From Dehalococcoidia bacterium (GTDB lineage Bacteria; Chloroflexota; Dehalococcoidia; Bin125): a stretch of DNA of 64,000 bases. The notes under the pieces were generated by a model. That model searched no databases and was not told where the DNA came from. It worked only from the letters and a program-made list of their open reading frames with translations. The position numbers and the translations under genes are program-made. Numbering within the stretch: position 1 is the first letter of the stretch; the number at the start of each line of letters is the position of its first letter. This document shows, piece by piece, positions 10,058 to 19,401 of this stretch. The stretch spans positions 288,001-352,000 of the forward strand of contig CAXXNO010000012.1 in NCBI GenBank assembly GCA_963663235.2, given 5' to 3'.

Positions 10058-10729
10058 ATGAGCAGCGTGCACGCCCACCCCATTACACGGACGGGCGCCG
10101 GCATCGCGATGGTGACGATCGCCGCCGCCGCGGTGGTAAGCGGCGTCCTCATCCACAATCCGCACGCCTCAGCGCAGGAGGGCGACGCCGTGGACGTCGC
10201 CCTGGCCGACTTCAGCATCGATCCCGCCGCCACGACGGAGGTCGCCGGCCATGTGACCTTCGTCGTCAGCAACGGCGGCCTCGGGGAGCACGAGTTCCTG
10301 GTCGCGCGCACCGATCTCGCGGCCGACGCCCTACCGCTCACGGCGGGCGGCGCCGAGGTCGATGAGGCCCAGCTTGACGTGGTGGCGCGGATCGAGCCGT
10401 TCGCCGCCGGCGACACCCACTCGGTCACTGCGAATCTGGACCCGGGAGCCTACGTGCTCGTCTGCAACCTCCCCGGCCATTACGAGCTGGGCATGCGGGT
10501 CTCGTTCTCGGTGACGGCGCCGCCGCCGGAGTCGCAGGCGCCGCCGCCACCCCCCGCCGAGCCACCCGGCCCCACGGCCGATCTGCTGTCGGAAGGCGAT
10601 GGCGGCGGCCTCCCGGCGGCCGCCTGGTTCGGCCTCGCCTTGATGTTCGTCCTCGGCGGCGCGCTGATCCTCCTCGCGCTGGCCTATCTCCGGCCCCAGG
10701 CGCGCGAACCAGACGAGGCGCAGCACTAG
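10058..10729 (+). CDS. Exported cupredoxin (sulfocyanin/auracyanin-like) with Pro-rich linker and C-terminal membrane anchor
   Basis: Signal peptide ending ASA-Q; type 1 copper ligands HEF...CNLPGHYELGM; poly-Pro linker; C-terminal TM helix. Confidence 0.88.
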   Translation: MSSVHAHPITRTGAGIAMVTIAAAAVVSGVLIHNPHASAQEGDAVDVALADFSIDPAATTEVAGHVTFVVSNGGLGEHEFLVARTDLAADALPLTAGGAEVDEAQLDVVARIEPFAAGDTHSVTANLDPGAYVLVCNLPGHYELGMRVSFSVTAPPPESQAPPPPPAEPPGPTADLLSEGDGGGLPAAAWFGLALMFVLGGALILLALAYLRPQAREPDEAQH

Positions 10730-10781
10730 GCGCGCTCGCGATCGCCTGAGGGCGTCACCGATCGGCGGAGCGTACGCATCA

Positions 10782-10808
10782 CGCAGGGGAGACCCACGTC
10801 CCCCTGCG
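10782..10808. terminator. Hairpin between convergent genes
   Basis: CGCAGGGG(A)GAC-CCAC-GTC-CCCCTGCG stem-loop between stops at 10729 and 10892. Confidence 0.55.
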
Positions 10809-10891
10809 CGCCTCCATCACAAGGCCCTCGAGGACCGTGCCGCACCTCGGAACCGCCGCCCGAGGCCCCGCGCGCCCTCAGAAGCGGGTGA

Positions 10892-11359
10892 CTAGAATTC
10901 CGCCATGCGCTCCTTGACCCAGCCGTTCTCGTAGCGGGTGAAGAAGCCCAGGTGGATGCGCACCGTGTCGCACAGCCACGTGCCGCTGACCTTCTTGTAG
11001 GTGTCCGAGTAGGTGGCCGCGAAGAGGGTGGCGGAGTCGTTCACCGTCGCCGGCATCCAGATGTACCAGGTGGCCTTCGCGTCGACGCCGTTGTCGTCCA
11101 CGTCGATGATGTGCCCCAGCGTGTAGTGCAACGCGAACGTGTAGCTTGAGGAGACGTCCTTGAAGAAGTCGTGGATCTCCTTCTTCCCTTTGAGGTGGAA
11201 GCCCAGCTCGTCGGCGTCCCAGTGCGCGTTCTCGGTAAACAGATTGGAGAGACCAACGGGTTCGTAGTCCTCGTCACACAGCTTCGCATACTTCTGCTTG
11301 AGCGTGCGGATCTCCTCGATGTCCTCTAGCCGTTGAAGCCGCTGCTCGACCGTAGCCAT
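10892..11359 (-). CDS. SnoaL-like / NTF2 family protein
   Basis: RLQRLEDIEEIRTLKQKYAKLCD, LFTENA.W, ATY.D.Y.K..G.W. Confidence 0.88.
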   Translation of the reverse strand: MATVEQRLQRLEDIEEIRTLKQKYAKLCDEDYEPVGLSNLFTENAHWDADELGFHLKGKKEIHDFFKDVSSSYTFALHYTLGHIIDVDDNGVDAKATWYIWMPATVNDSATLFAATYSDTYKKVSGTWLCDTVRIHLGFFTRYENGWVKERMAEF

Positions 11360-11461
11360 TGCCTATCCTTCCTCTGACCCTAGACCGTCAAAACTCATGG
11401 GAGAGGAAGGCTAGCACTCGCCATCCCCGTGGGAAAGGCGGGCCGGCCGGGGCTGCGGTCG

Positions 11462-12049
11462 CTAGCCCCCTTTGAGGGCCAGGTTGTAATCGCGCCGCTC
11501 GGCGACGAGCGGTCGGGCGATCTCGACCCCTGCGCGGATGGCGTCGCCGTTCGCTTCGATCAGCGCTTGCCGGTGGGGCGGCAACATCTCCGGCAGCGCC
11601 TCGATCAGGCTCTCCACCCGGACGATGCCCGAGGCCTCCACGAACGCGCCCAGCGCGAGCATGGTCGCCAGCATCACGTTGCCCAGGTCCTGTTCCGCGG
11701 TGGCCGTAGCCGGGATCGGCATGAGAGAGACATCCGGTCTCTCGGGAAGCTCGGAGGCCAGCGTGCTGTTGGCGACCATGATGCCCCCGGCCTGGACGAT
11801 GCCCCCGAACCACGTCGCGTGCCGCTGATCCATGGCGATCGCCCCCCAGGGCTCGTCCCGCACGGGCGACAGCACCTCCTCGGTGGCGATCACCACCGTC
11901 GCGTAGATCGCGGCCCCGCGCACCCCCTGGCCGTAGATGTTGTTCTGGTAGGCCCGCTTTCCCTCAAAGCCGGCCGCCTGCGCCAGGATCTGGCTGGCCA
12001 GGCGGATCCCCTGCCCCCCCATCCCGCCGAGCATCACGTCGATCTCCAC
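11462..12049 (-). CDS. 2-oxoacid:ferredoxin oxidoreductase gamma subunit
   Basis: GGMGGQGI..A..ILA, YG..VRG, NxxxLGA. GTG start 12049 after GGAAGG. Confidence 0.9.
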   Translation of the reverse strand: MEIDVMLGGMGGQGIRLASQILAQAAGFEGKRAYQNNIYGQGVRGAAIYATVVIATEEVLSPVRDEPWGAIAMDQRHATWFGGIVQAGGIMVANSTLASELPERPDVSLMPIPATATAEQDLGNVMLATMLALGAFVEASGIVRVESLIEALPEMLPPHRQALIEANGDAIRAGVEIARPLVAERRDYNLALKGG

Positions 12050-12090
12050 GGCGCCCTTCCTCCGCTCTGAAGCCTCCGGCGGCCGGCGGC

Positions 12091-12864
12091 CTACGCCAGC
12101 GGGGAGCTCTTGATCTCCTCCACGGGGTAGACCGGCAGCATCTCCTCCTCCATCCACTCGATCGCCTGGATGGGGCTCATCTTCCAGCCGGAGTTGCAGG
12201 TGGAGAGGATCTCCAGGACGGACATCCCCAGGCCGCGCTGCTGGTTCTCGAACGCTTTCTTGATCGCCTTCTTGGCCTTGGCCACGCTGGCCGGGTTGTG
12301 GACGGATGCGCGGGCCGCGTACGTCACCCCGGGCGAGACGGCCAGCGTCTCCGTCATCTTCATCGGATAGCCGTGCTCCTTGGCGTCGCGCCCCTCCGGC
12401 GTCGTCACCGTCTTCATCCCCAGCACCGACGTCGGAGCCATCTGCGCCCCAGTCATAGCGATGGAGGAGTTGTTGAACCAGAAGAGCGAGATGCGTTCGC
12501 CGCGCCAGGCCGCGTTCACGGCCTCTGAAACGCCCTCGGAGCAGAGGTCGCCATCGCCCTGCACCGTGAACACGATCTTCTCCGGGTACAGCCGCTTGAG
12601 CGCCGTGGCCACCGCGGGCGCGCGACCGTGGGGCGCGCGGATGCCGTCCAGCTCCAGCCAGAGATGCCCGGCGCAGCCGTTGCCCGCCACCACGATCGCA
12701 TCCTTGGCGATTCCCATCTCGTCGATCGCCTCGGCGAAGATACGCGCAATGATCCCGTACGTGCAGCCAAAGCAATAGCTGTTGGGACTCTCGGACAGCG
12801 ATTCGGGCTTGGCGAAGACCTTGGTCATCCCGCCGGTGTCGACTGCGATCGCTTCGTCGGTCAT
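12091..12864 (-). CDS. 2-oxoacid:ferredoxin oxidoreductase beta (TPP-binding) subunit
   Basis: CFGC, GNGC, HGRA, QGDGDL, NN...AMTGAQ, C-terminal STC. Confidence 0.92.
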   Translation of the reverse strand: MTDEAIAVDTGGMTKVFAKPESLSESPNSYCFGCTYGIIARIFAEAIDEMGIAKDAIVVAGNGCAGHLWLELDGIRAPHGRAPAVATALKRLYPEKIVFTVQGDGDLCSEGVSEAVNAAWRGERISLFWFNNSSIAMTGAQMAPTSVLGMKTVTTPEGRDAKEHGYPMKMTETLAVSPGVTYAARASVHNPASVAKAKKAIKKAFENQQRGLGMSVLEILSTCNSGWKMSPIQAIEWMEEEMLPVYPVEEIKSSPLA

Positions 12865-13967
12865 ACGGCTATCCCCGTTTCCTCCGCTACTAGCTCACTC
12901 ACGGCGTCGCTGATCTCGGCGGGCGTGGGAACCACGCCGGCCTGCCGCCCGAAGAACCGCACGGGCACCCGCCCCTGGCAGGCGCGCTCGACGTCTTCGA
13001 TCATCTGGCCCAGGTTCATCTCCACCACCAGGATCCCCTTGACCTGCTCCGCCGCCTCGGCGATGGCCCCAGAGGGGAAGGGCCACAGCGTCTGGGGGCG
13101 GATCAGGCCCAGGCGGATCCCCTCGCTGCGCGCCCGCTCCACGACGGTCTTCGCGATCCGCCCGCACGTCCCGAACGCCACCACGGCCCACTCCGCGTCG
13201 TCCATCTGCACCAGCTCGACGCGAGTCTCGTTCTCGGTCATTCGTTGCCATTTCTCGCCCAGCCGCCGGGACTCCTGCTCATACACGGCCACGCCCTGGC
13301 CGGTGAGATCGCCGACGGGCCCGGCATCGTCGTAGCTGCGCCACTTGGGCACGCCGTCGCCCACGGCCCAGTCCTTGGGCGGCAGCGGCTCATCGATCGG
13401 CGGCGGGTACGTCACCAGCTCCGAGGACTGCGCCTGGATCACATCGCCCAGCAGCACGACGGGCGTGCGGTACTTGTCACCCAGGTGCAGCCCCAGGCGC
13501 ACCATCTCCACCGCCTCTTGCAGGGTTGACGGGGCCAGCACCAGCATGCGGGCGCCGCCGTGGGGACCACTCTTCGTCATCTGGAAGTAGTCCGCCTGCG
13601 AGGGCCCGATCCCGCTGTTACCCACGTGTCCGCGGCTGTGGTTGATCAGCAGGCAGGGCAGCTCCAATTGCACCATGTAGGAGATGCCTTCCATCATCAG
13701 GCTGAACCCCAAGCTGCTGCTGTTGATCGCGCAGCGGAAGCCGCCCGCCGATGCGCCCATGAGGTAGTTGATACCCTGCAACTCGCCTTCGGCGTGCAGG
13801 AACACGCCGCCACGCTTGGGCAGCTGGGTAGCGAAGTACTCCAGTGTCTTCTCGCCCGGGGAGATCGGGTAGCCGGTCGCGAACCGCACCCCGTAACGGA
13901 TGGCGGCCTCCGCCACCGCCTCCCCACCCACCCAGAGCTTCGGCCGCTCGCTGCTCGGCTCGCTCAT
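12861..13967 (-). CDS. 2-oxoacid:ferredoxin oxidoreductase alpha subunit (VorB-like)
   Basis: GYPISP, SSSLGFSLMMEG, PSQADY, RP.TLWPFP, EMNLGQM. Confidence 0.92.
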   Translation of the reverse strand: MSEPSSERPKLWVGGEAVAEAAIRYGVRFATGYPISPGEKTLEYFATQLPKRGGVFLHAEGELQGINYLMGASAGGFRCAINSSSLGFSLMMEGISYMVQLELPCLLINHSRGHVGNSGIGPSQADYFQMTKSGPHGGARMLVLAPSTLQEAVEMVRLGLHLGDKYRTPVVLLGDVIQAQSSELVTYPPPIDEPLPPKDWAVGDGVPKWRSYDDAGPVGDLTGQGVAVYEQESRRLGEKWQRMTENETRVELVQMDDAEWAVVAFGTCGRIAKTVVERARSEGIRLGLIRPQTLWPFPSGAIAEAAEQVKGILVVEMNLGQMIEDVERACQGRVPVRFFGRQAGVVPTPAEISDAVSELVAEETGIAV

Positions 13968-13980
13968 GGTCCGGCCGCCC

Positions 13981-14220
13981 TCAACTCACGGCCACGCGCT
14001 GCCGCGGCTCGCGATACACGTCGATCGCCATATCTGGGCACATGCGCCCGCAGATCTCGCAGCCCGTGCAGCCCTCCCGAGCCAGCACCGCGACGCGGTA
14101 TCCCATGCTGTTGGTCTGGTGGCTCAGGTCGATGACCTGCTCTGGGCAAAAGATGACGCAGAGGTCGCACCCTTTGCAACGCTCAGGGTCGATCACGATC
14201 GTGCTGCGCAGCTTCGCCAT
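13981..14220 (-). CDS. 2x[4Fe-4S] ferredoxin (delta subunit)
   Basis: CKGCDLCVIFCP and CTGCEICGRMCP; first gene of the operon. Confidence 0.93.
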   Translation of the reverse strand: MAKLRSTIVIDPERCKGCDLCVIFCPEQVIDLSHQTNSMGYRVAVLAREGCTGCEICGRMCPDMAIDVYREPRQRVAVS

Positions 14221-14341
14221 CGATCACTCCTACCACCGCAGCGATCCGGGAAGCGCGGGCCGCAACTCTGCGCCGCATCATAGAGGGGCGTGCCCGCGCC
14301 TGTCGAACGGACAAGCCGCCGGCCTGCTAGGCTGATCGACC

Positions 14342-15166
14342 GTGGAGTCGCTGGACGGCCGAGCGGAGCGATTCGGTCGCCTGACGCAAGGCGGCGATGA
14401 GAGCGTCGACCTCGCCCGGGCCGCGCTGGTGATCGGCGCCGTGGAGCGCCCGGACCTGGACGCCGCGCCGTATCTGGCGCTGCTGGACGAATTCGGCGAC
14501 GGGGTCCGCCGGCGGGCCGGCTCCACCTCCGATCCCGATCGCTTGGCCGAGGCGCTCCGCGCCCACCTCTTCGACGATCTCGGCTTTCGGGGCGACGAGC
14601 AGGACTACTACGACCCTCGGAACTCGCTGCTGGATGCCGTGCTCGACCGACGCCGCGGGCTGCCGATCACCCTCTCGGTGCTGTGCTTGGAGACGGCGCG
14701 GCGCGCCGGCCTAGAGATGGTCGGCGTGGGCGCGCCGCAACACTTCCTGGTCAAGTATCGCAACGCCCAGGGCGACCAGTTCCTGGACCCCTTCAACGAG
14801 GGGCGACGGATCCCCATCGGCCCGCTCCGCGAGCGAATCGCCCAGCTCTCCGGTGAACATGCGGTCGATGCGATGCTGGCGGGCGTGACCAAGCGGCAGA
14901 TCCTCGCCCGCATCCTGGTTAACCTCAAGGGCGCCCACCTGCGCCGCCGCGGCTACGACCAGGCCCTCCTGGTCTCCGACTACATCCTCGCCATGACCCC
15001 GTGGGACTTCCCGGCGATGCGTGACCGCGGGCTCCTACAGCGCCAGTTGAAGCGGCCCATCGAGGCGCTCGCCGACCTCCACGCCTACCGTGAGAACGTC
15101 CCGGATGCGCCCGATCACGCTCAGGTCGATCTGGTGATCCGCGAGCTGACCAACGAACCGGGGTAG
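14342..15166 (+). CDS. SirB1/YchA family transglutaminase-like protein with TPR
   Basis: GFRGDEQDYYDPRNSLL..VL.RRRG.PITLS, GVGAP.HFL, DPF..G, RDRG. Confidence 0.9.
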   Translation: MESLDGRAERFGRLTQGGDESVDLARAALVIGAVERPDLDAAPYLALLDEFGDGVRRRAGSTSDPDRLAEALRAHLFDDLGFRGDEQDYYDPRNSLLDAVLDRRRGLPITLSVLCLETARRAGLEMVGVGAPQHFLVKYRNAQGDQFLDPFNEGRRIPIGPLRERIAQLSGEHAVDAMLAGVTKRQILARILVNLKGAHLRRRGYDQALLVSDYILAMTPWDFPAMRDRGLLQRQLKRPIEALADLHAYRENVPDAPDHAQVDLVIRELTNEPG

Positions 15167-15259
15167 AAATCCACCTCAAGGGCCCGGATGAGGCCGGGCA
15201 AGCGGGGAGCCGCAACACGGACCGGGCGGGCGCGGCGGGGGACACGGCCTTCTACGCGT

Positions 15260-15332
15260 GCCCCCGTAGCCCAGTTGGATAGGGCGACGGTCTGCTAATC
15301 GGGAAGCGCGGCTCCAAGTCCCACCGAGGGCG
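15260..15332 (+). pseudogene. Degenerate tRNA (Arg-type body)
   Basis: GCCCCCG-TA-GCCC-AGTTGGATA-GGGC intact D arm and 6/7 acceptor pairs with CGAGGGC; anticodon stem and T arm disrupted; no CCA. Confidence 0.65.
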
Positions 15333-15458
15333 CGCATTATCTGTCGTCGCTGCCCCAGCCACCGTCATCCAGTATCGAACCCGAACTATTTAGGGCAACT
15401 CTTGCTCTGCCTCGACTGGGCCTTCCTCTCCACGGGCGACGCAGCCTGCTGCTTTCGC

Positions 15459-15665
15459 CTAGGTGAGGAACTCCTGGGCGGGGCCGGCCTGCCCATCATC
15501 GACGCGCCGATCGAAGCCTCGGCAGGCCAGCACCGGCAGCGGCGGATACTTCGCGAAGCCGGGATCGCTGTCGGATCTCCCGCAGCGCAGGAAGTGCGAC
15601 CCCTTGGCGCTCGCAATGACTCGCGCCCACGCGCAACGACCGCAGAGCCCCGGATCGACATCCAC
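15459..15665 (-). CDS. Small Cys-rich conserved hypothetical protein
   Basis: GLC.RC..AR.I.S.KGS.F.RC.RS..DP.F.KYP.LPVL.C.GF, a four-Cys pattern recognisable from a widespread small-protein family. Confidence 0.7.
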   Translation of the reverse strand: MDVDPGLCGRCAWARVIASAKGSHFLRCGRSDSDPGFAKYPPLPVLACRGFDRRVDDGQAGPAQEFLT

Positions 15666-15758
15666 ACGGGCAGTGTAGGCGGCGGGCCCGCGCTGCTACG
15701 ATCGTGCCCGGTCCGTGCTCGCACCCCAGGACCGCGCGGATCGGGAAGGATACGAGCG

Positions 15759-16562
15759 ATGCCGGTCAACCGATCGGGCCAGGTGCACACCACCATCGAC
15801 GAGCGAGCGGAGGCCGGTCGCATCGCCCGCGTCACGATCGACTACAGCGAGCGCCTCAACGTCCTCAACACCCCCATCATCAACGACCTCACCGCCACGC
15901 TGGCCGATCTCGCCGCCGATGAGGCACTCCGCGTGCTCGTGCTCACCGGCGCCGGCGACCGCGCCTTCATCGGCGGGGCGGACATCTACGAGCTGGTCGA
16001 ACTGGACAGCTCGACGGCGGCGCCGTTCGTCACCCGCCTCCACGGCCTCTGCACCGCAATCCGGGACCTGCCCGTCCCTGTCATCGCACGCATCGGCGGA
16101 CACTGTCTCGGGGGTGGTCTGGTGGTGGCCGCCGCCTGCGATCTGCGCGTCGCGGGCGAGAACGCCACCTTCGGGATGCCGGAGGTGCGGGTGGGGCTCC
16201 CCTCGGTGGTCGAGTCCGCCCTCCTGCCCTCGCTCATGGGCTGGGGCAAGGCTCGGGAAGTGCTCTACACCGGCGACGCAATCCCGGCCGCGGAGGCGCT
16301 GGCCTTCGGCCTGGTCGAGCGCGTCGTGCCCCCCGACCAGCTCGACGACGCTGTCGAGCGCTGGATCAGCTCGATCCTTGCCTCGGGCCCGCGCGCGGTT
16401 CGAGCGCAGAAAGCGTTGATGCGCCGCTGGGAGGCGCTGCCACTCGGTGACGCGATCACCGCCGGGATCCCGTTCTTTGTAGATGCCTACCGCAGCGACG
16501 AGCCCCGCACCTACATGCGCCGCTTCATCGATCGACAGCGGGGTCGGAGCGGCCGCCGCTAA
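15759..16562 (+). CDS. Enoyl-CoA hydratase/isomerase (crotonase) family protein
   Basis: AFIGGADI, G.CLGGG, FGMPEVRVG. ATG 15759 after GGAAGGA. Confidence 0.9.
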   Translation: MPVNRSGQVHTTIDERAEAGRIARVTIDYSERLNVLNTPIINDLTATLADLAADEALRVLVLTGAGDRAFIGGADIYELVELDSSTAAPFVTRLHGLCTAIRDLPVPVIARIGGHCLGGGLVVAAACDLRVAGENATFGMPEVRVGLPSVVESALLPSLMGWGKAREVLYTGDAIPAAEALAFGLVERVVPPDQLDDAVERWISSILASGPRAVRAQKALMRRWEALPLGDAITAGIPFFVDAYRSDEPRTYMRRFIDRQRGRSGRR

Positions 16563-16734
16563 CCGCACTCGTCTTGTGTCTGATAGTGCAAGTTGTAGGA
16601 ATGCCCACCATCACGACGTTGACAGCCGAGCATACGACCACGGTGTCGCTACCGAGTTGCCAAAGCGCCGGCCTAAGCGCAGACCGCGGACCCGCGGGGA
16701 TCGGCCTCCACCGCCGTGGGGCCGCAGCGCCGCG

Positions 16735-17973
16735 CTACGACGTGATCACACCCTCGATCACCAACTCGGCGATCCGCTCATCGTCGTAGCCCAAGCGCTC
16801 CTTCAGCACCTCTCCGGTGTGCTCGCCCAGGTCGGGGGAGTCCCGGCGGATGGTCGCCGGCGTGCGCGAGAGCGTCACGGGGTGGTTCAGCACCTTCACC
16901 ATTCCATAGTGGCGGTGCTCGTAATCGATCAGGTAGTCGTTGGCGATCACCGCCGGGTCGTTGGGCAGGTCGCCGATGTGCTGCACCCGCGCGTAGATCA
17001 GGTCCGGGTTGCGGTCCAGCCGCTTCTCCCACTCCGCCCGCGGCGCCGTCGCAAAGTGCGCGTCCAGGATCGTGATCAACTCCTCGGTGTTCTCCTTGCG
17101 CAGCTCCATGCTGCCGAAGCGCTCGTCGTCCAGCAGGTCGGCGCGGTCGATCGCCTCACAGAAGCCCGGCCAATGCCGCTCGGCGTCCACAATGCCCAGG
17201 CTGATCCACTCGCCGTCGCCGCACGCATAGAGGTTCCACAGCGGATTGCCCGCGCGCTTGCGGTCGAACCGGGGCCAATCCTCGTACCCCTTCAGCATCG
17301 AGACCGCGACCCCCCAGTAGGACAGCCACATGTTGGCGTTGATGTGGGAGACCTCCACCTTCTGGCCTTGTCCCCCTTGCAGCGCGCGCTCCGCCACCGC
17401 GGCGAGGATGCCGTAGGCCAAGCACGTCGCCCCCATGACGTCGGCCACCCCCATGGTGTTCCAGTTGGGCGGGTCCCCGGGCGACCCCATGGTCCACATG
17501 AAGCCGGAGCGCGCCTGCCCCACCGCATCCAGGGCCGGCTTGTGGGACTCCGCGCCCTTGAAGCCGTAGCCGGAGGTCGAGGCATAGATCAGCCGCGGGT
17601 TGGTCTTCGAGAGCACGTCCCAACCCAGCCCCATCTTGTCGAAGGCGCCCGGCCGGTAGTTCTCCAGGAAGATATCCGCGTCCTTGATCAGCTCTTTGAA
17701 GATCGCGCGCCCGCTCTCCATCTTGAGGTTCAGGGCCAGCGAGCGCTTGTTGCGGTTGAAGCTCTGGAAGGCGGCGCTGCGACCGTCCGGCATCAGGTTG
17801 TCGATCCCCGCCACGTTCATGACGTGGCGGGCGGCGTCCGGCCGGTCCGGGCTCTCGATCTTGATGATGTCCGCTCCCAGGTCGCCCAGCATCATCCCGC
17901 CGATGGGGCCGAACCCCCAGGTGCTGCATTCAATCATCTTGATGCCGGACAGCGGCAGTCCGTTCTCGGTCAT
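16735..17973 (-). CDS. CaiB/BaiF class III CoA transferase
   Basis: LGDLGADIIKIE, NRNKRSLALNLK, ENYRPG, catalytic Asp in VADVMG, P.LGEHT. Confidence 0.94.
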   Translation of the reverse strand: MTENGLPLSGIKMIECSTWGFGPIGGMMLGDLGADIIKIESPDRPDAARHVMNVAGIDNLMPDGRSAAFQSFNRNKRSLALNLKMESGRAIFKELIKDADIFLENYRPGAFDKMGLGWDVLSKTNPRLIYASTSGYGFKGAESHKPALDAVGQARSGFMWTMGSPGDPPNWNTMGVADVMGATCLAYGILAAVAERALQGGQGQKVEVSHINANMWLSYWGVAVSMLKGYEDWPRFDRKRAGNPLWNLYACGDGEWISLGIVDAERHWPGFCEAIDRADLLDDERFGSMELRKENTEELITILDAHFATAPRAEWEKRLDRNPDLIYARVQHIGDLPNDPAVIANDYLIDYEHRHYGMVKVLNHPVTLSRTPATIRRDSPDLGEHTGEVLKERLGYDDERIAELVIEGVITS

Positions 17974-18020
17974 CCCTCACTCCTTCGCGCCGGTCACAGG
18001 TGCGAGTTTGCTCGTTAACG

Positions 18021-19256
18021 CTACGCCACTACCTCCGCGGCCACCAGGTCGGCGATCTGCTCGTCGTTATACCCCAACCGCTCCTTCAGGATCTCTTGCG
18101 TGTGCTGGCCCAGCTCGGGAGCGACGCGGCGGATGCTGGCCGGGGTCTGCGTGAAGGTGACGGGGTGGTTGATCAGCGGCAACATCCCGTACCGCGGGTG
18201 GTCGACCTGCACGATGTAGTCGTTCGCCACCACCACGGGATCCGTGAGCAGATCACCCACCCGCTGTATCCGCTCGATGATCAGGTCCGGTTGCGTGCGC
18301 AGCTTCTGCTCCCACTCCGCCCGCGGCTTCGACGCAAAGAGCTCGTCCAGCATCCCCACGAGGATCTCGCAGTTCTGCCCGCGCGAGTCCAGCGTCGCGA
18401 AACGCTCGTCGTCCATGAGGTGCGTCAGCTCCATCGCCTCGCAGAACTTGGGCCAGTCCCGCTCCCCTTCGGCGATGCTGAGGAAGAGCCACTCGTCGTC
18501 GGCGCAGCGGTACCAGTTGAAGATCGGGTTCAACGCCGTCCGGCGATCGAACCGCGGCCACTCGGGCATCCCCAGCACCAGGGCGTTGCCCACCCCCCAA
18601 TGCTGCATCCACATCGCCGCCATGATGTGGGAGACCTCCACTCGCTGGCCCACGCCGTAGCGGTCGCGGGCCGTCAACGCCGCCAGCACCCCGTAGGCCA
18701 GGATCGTGGCGCCGGTCATGTCTGCGAGAGCGCGGTTGATCCAGACCGGCGGGTCGTCCGGCGTGCCGGCGGCCCACATCAGACCGCCACGCGCCGCGCC
18801 CACGGGGTCGAAGGCGGGCCGCTCCACTTCCTCGCCCTTGAACCCGTAGCCGCAGGCCACCGCATAGATCACGCGGGGATTGACCTGGCGCAGCACCTCG
18901 TAGCCCACGCCCAGGCGGTCCATGACGCCGGGCCGGTAGTTCTCCAGGAAGATGTCGGAGTCCTTCACCAGCTCCTTGACGATCTCGACGCCGGCCTCGG
19001 TCTTGAGGTCCAGCGCCAGCGAGCGCTTGTTGCGGTTCATGGTCAGGTAGGTCGCGCCCTCCCCGTCCGGCATGCGCGTGTCCATGCCGCCGCCGTAGAC
19101 CAGGGTGCGCGCGCCGTCGGGCCGGGTGGGGCTTTCGATCTTGATGACGTCGGCGCCCAGGTCGCCCAGCATCACGCCGGCCAGCGGACCGAAGCCCCAG
19201 GTGGAGCACTCCACGACCTTGATTCCATCGAGCGGCAGCATTCCGTTACTGGTCAT
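18021..19256 (-). CDS. CaiB/BaiF class III CoA transferase (tandem paralog)
   Basis: LGDLGADVIKIE, NRNKRSLALDLK, LADMTG, PELGQHT. Confidence 0.94.
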   Translation of the reverse strand: MTSNGMLPLDGIKVVECSTWGFGPLAGVMLGDLGADVIKIESPTRPDGARTLVYGGGMDTRMPDGEGATYLTMNRNKRSLALDLKTEAGVEIVKELVKDSDIFLENYRPGVMDRLGVGYEVLRQVNPRVIYAVACGYGFKGEEVERPAFDPVGAARGGLMWAAGTPDDPPVWINRALADMTGATILAYGVLAALTARDRYGVGQRVEVSHIMAAMWMQHWGVGNALVLGMPEWPRFDRRTALNPIFNWYRCADDEWLFLSIAEGERDWPKFCEAMELTHLMDDERFATLDSRGQNCEILVGMLDELFASKPRAEWEQKLRTQPDLIIERIQRVGDLLTDPVVVANDYIVQVDHPRYGMLPLINHPVTFTQTPASIRRVAPELGQHTQEILKERLGYNDEQIADLVAAEVVA

Positions 19257-19401
19257 TGGGGGATCCTGTCGGTTGAACGGCGATCCGTCGGCGATGGATC
19301 GGCTGACGGATCGCGAGCCGCACTGCCCCGCGTCACGGCACGAGGGCGGGCTACCCGATGCGTGTGATAGTCATTCCAGCCGCCGCCCCTGTCAAGAACC
19401 G

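Noticed and set aside
16563-16734. Lower-GC spacer with a 71-aa ORF between convergent genes
   Set aside because: No recognisable motif, RBS, repeat or structure.
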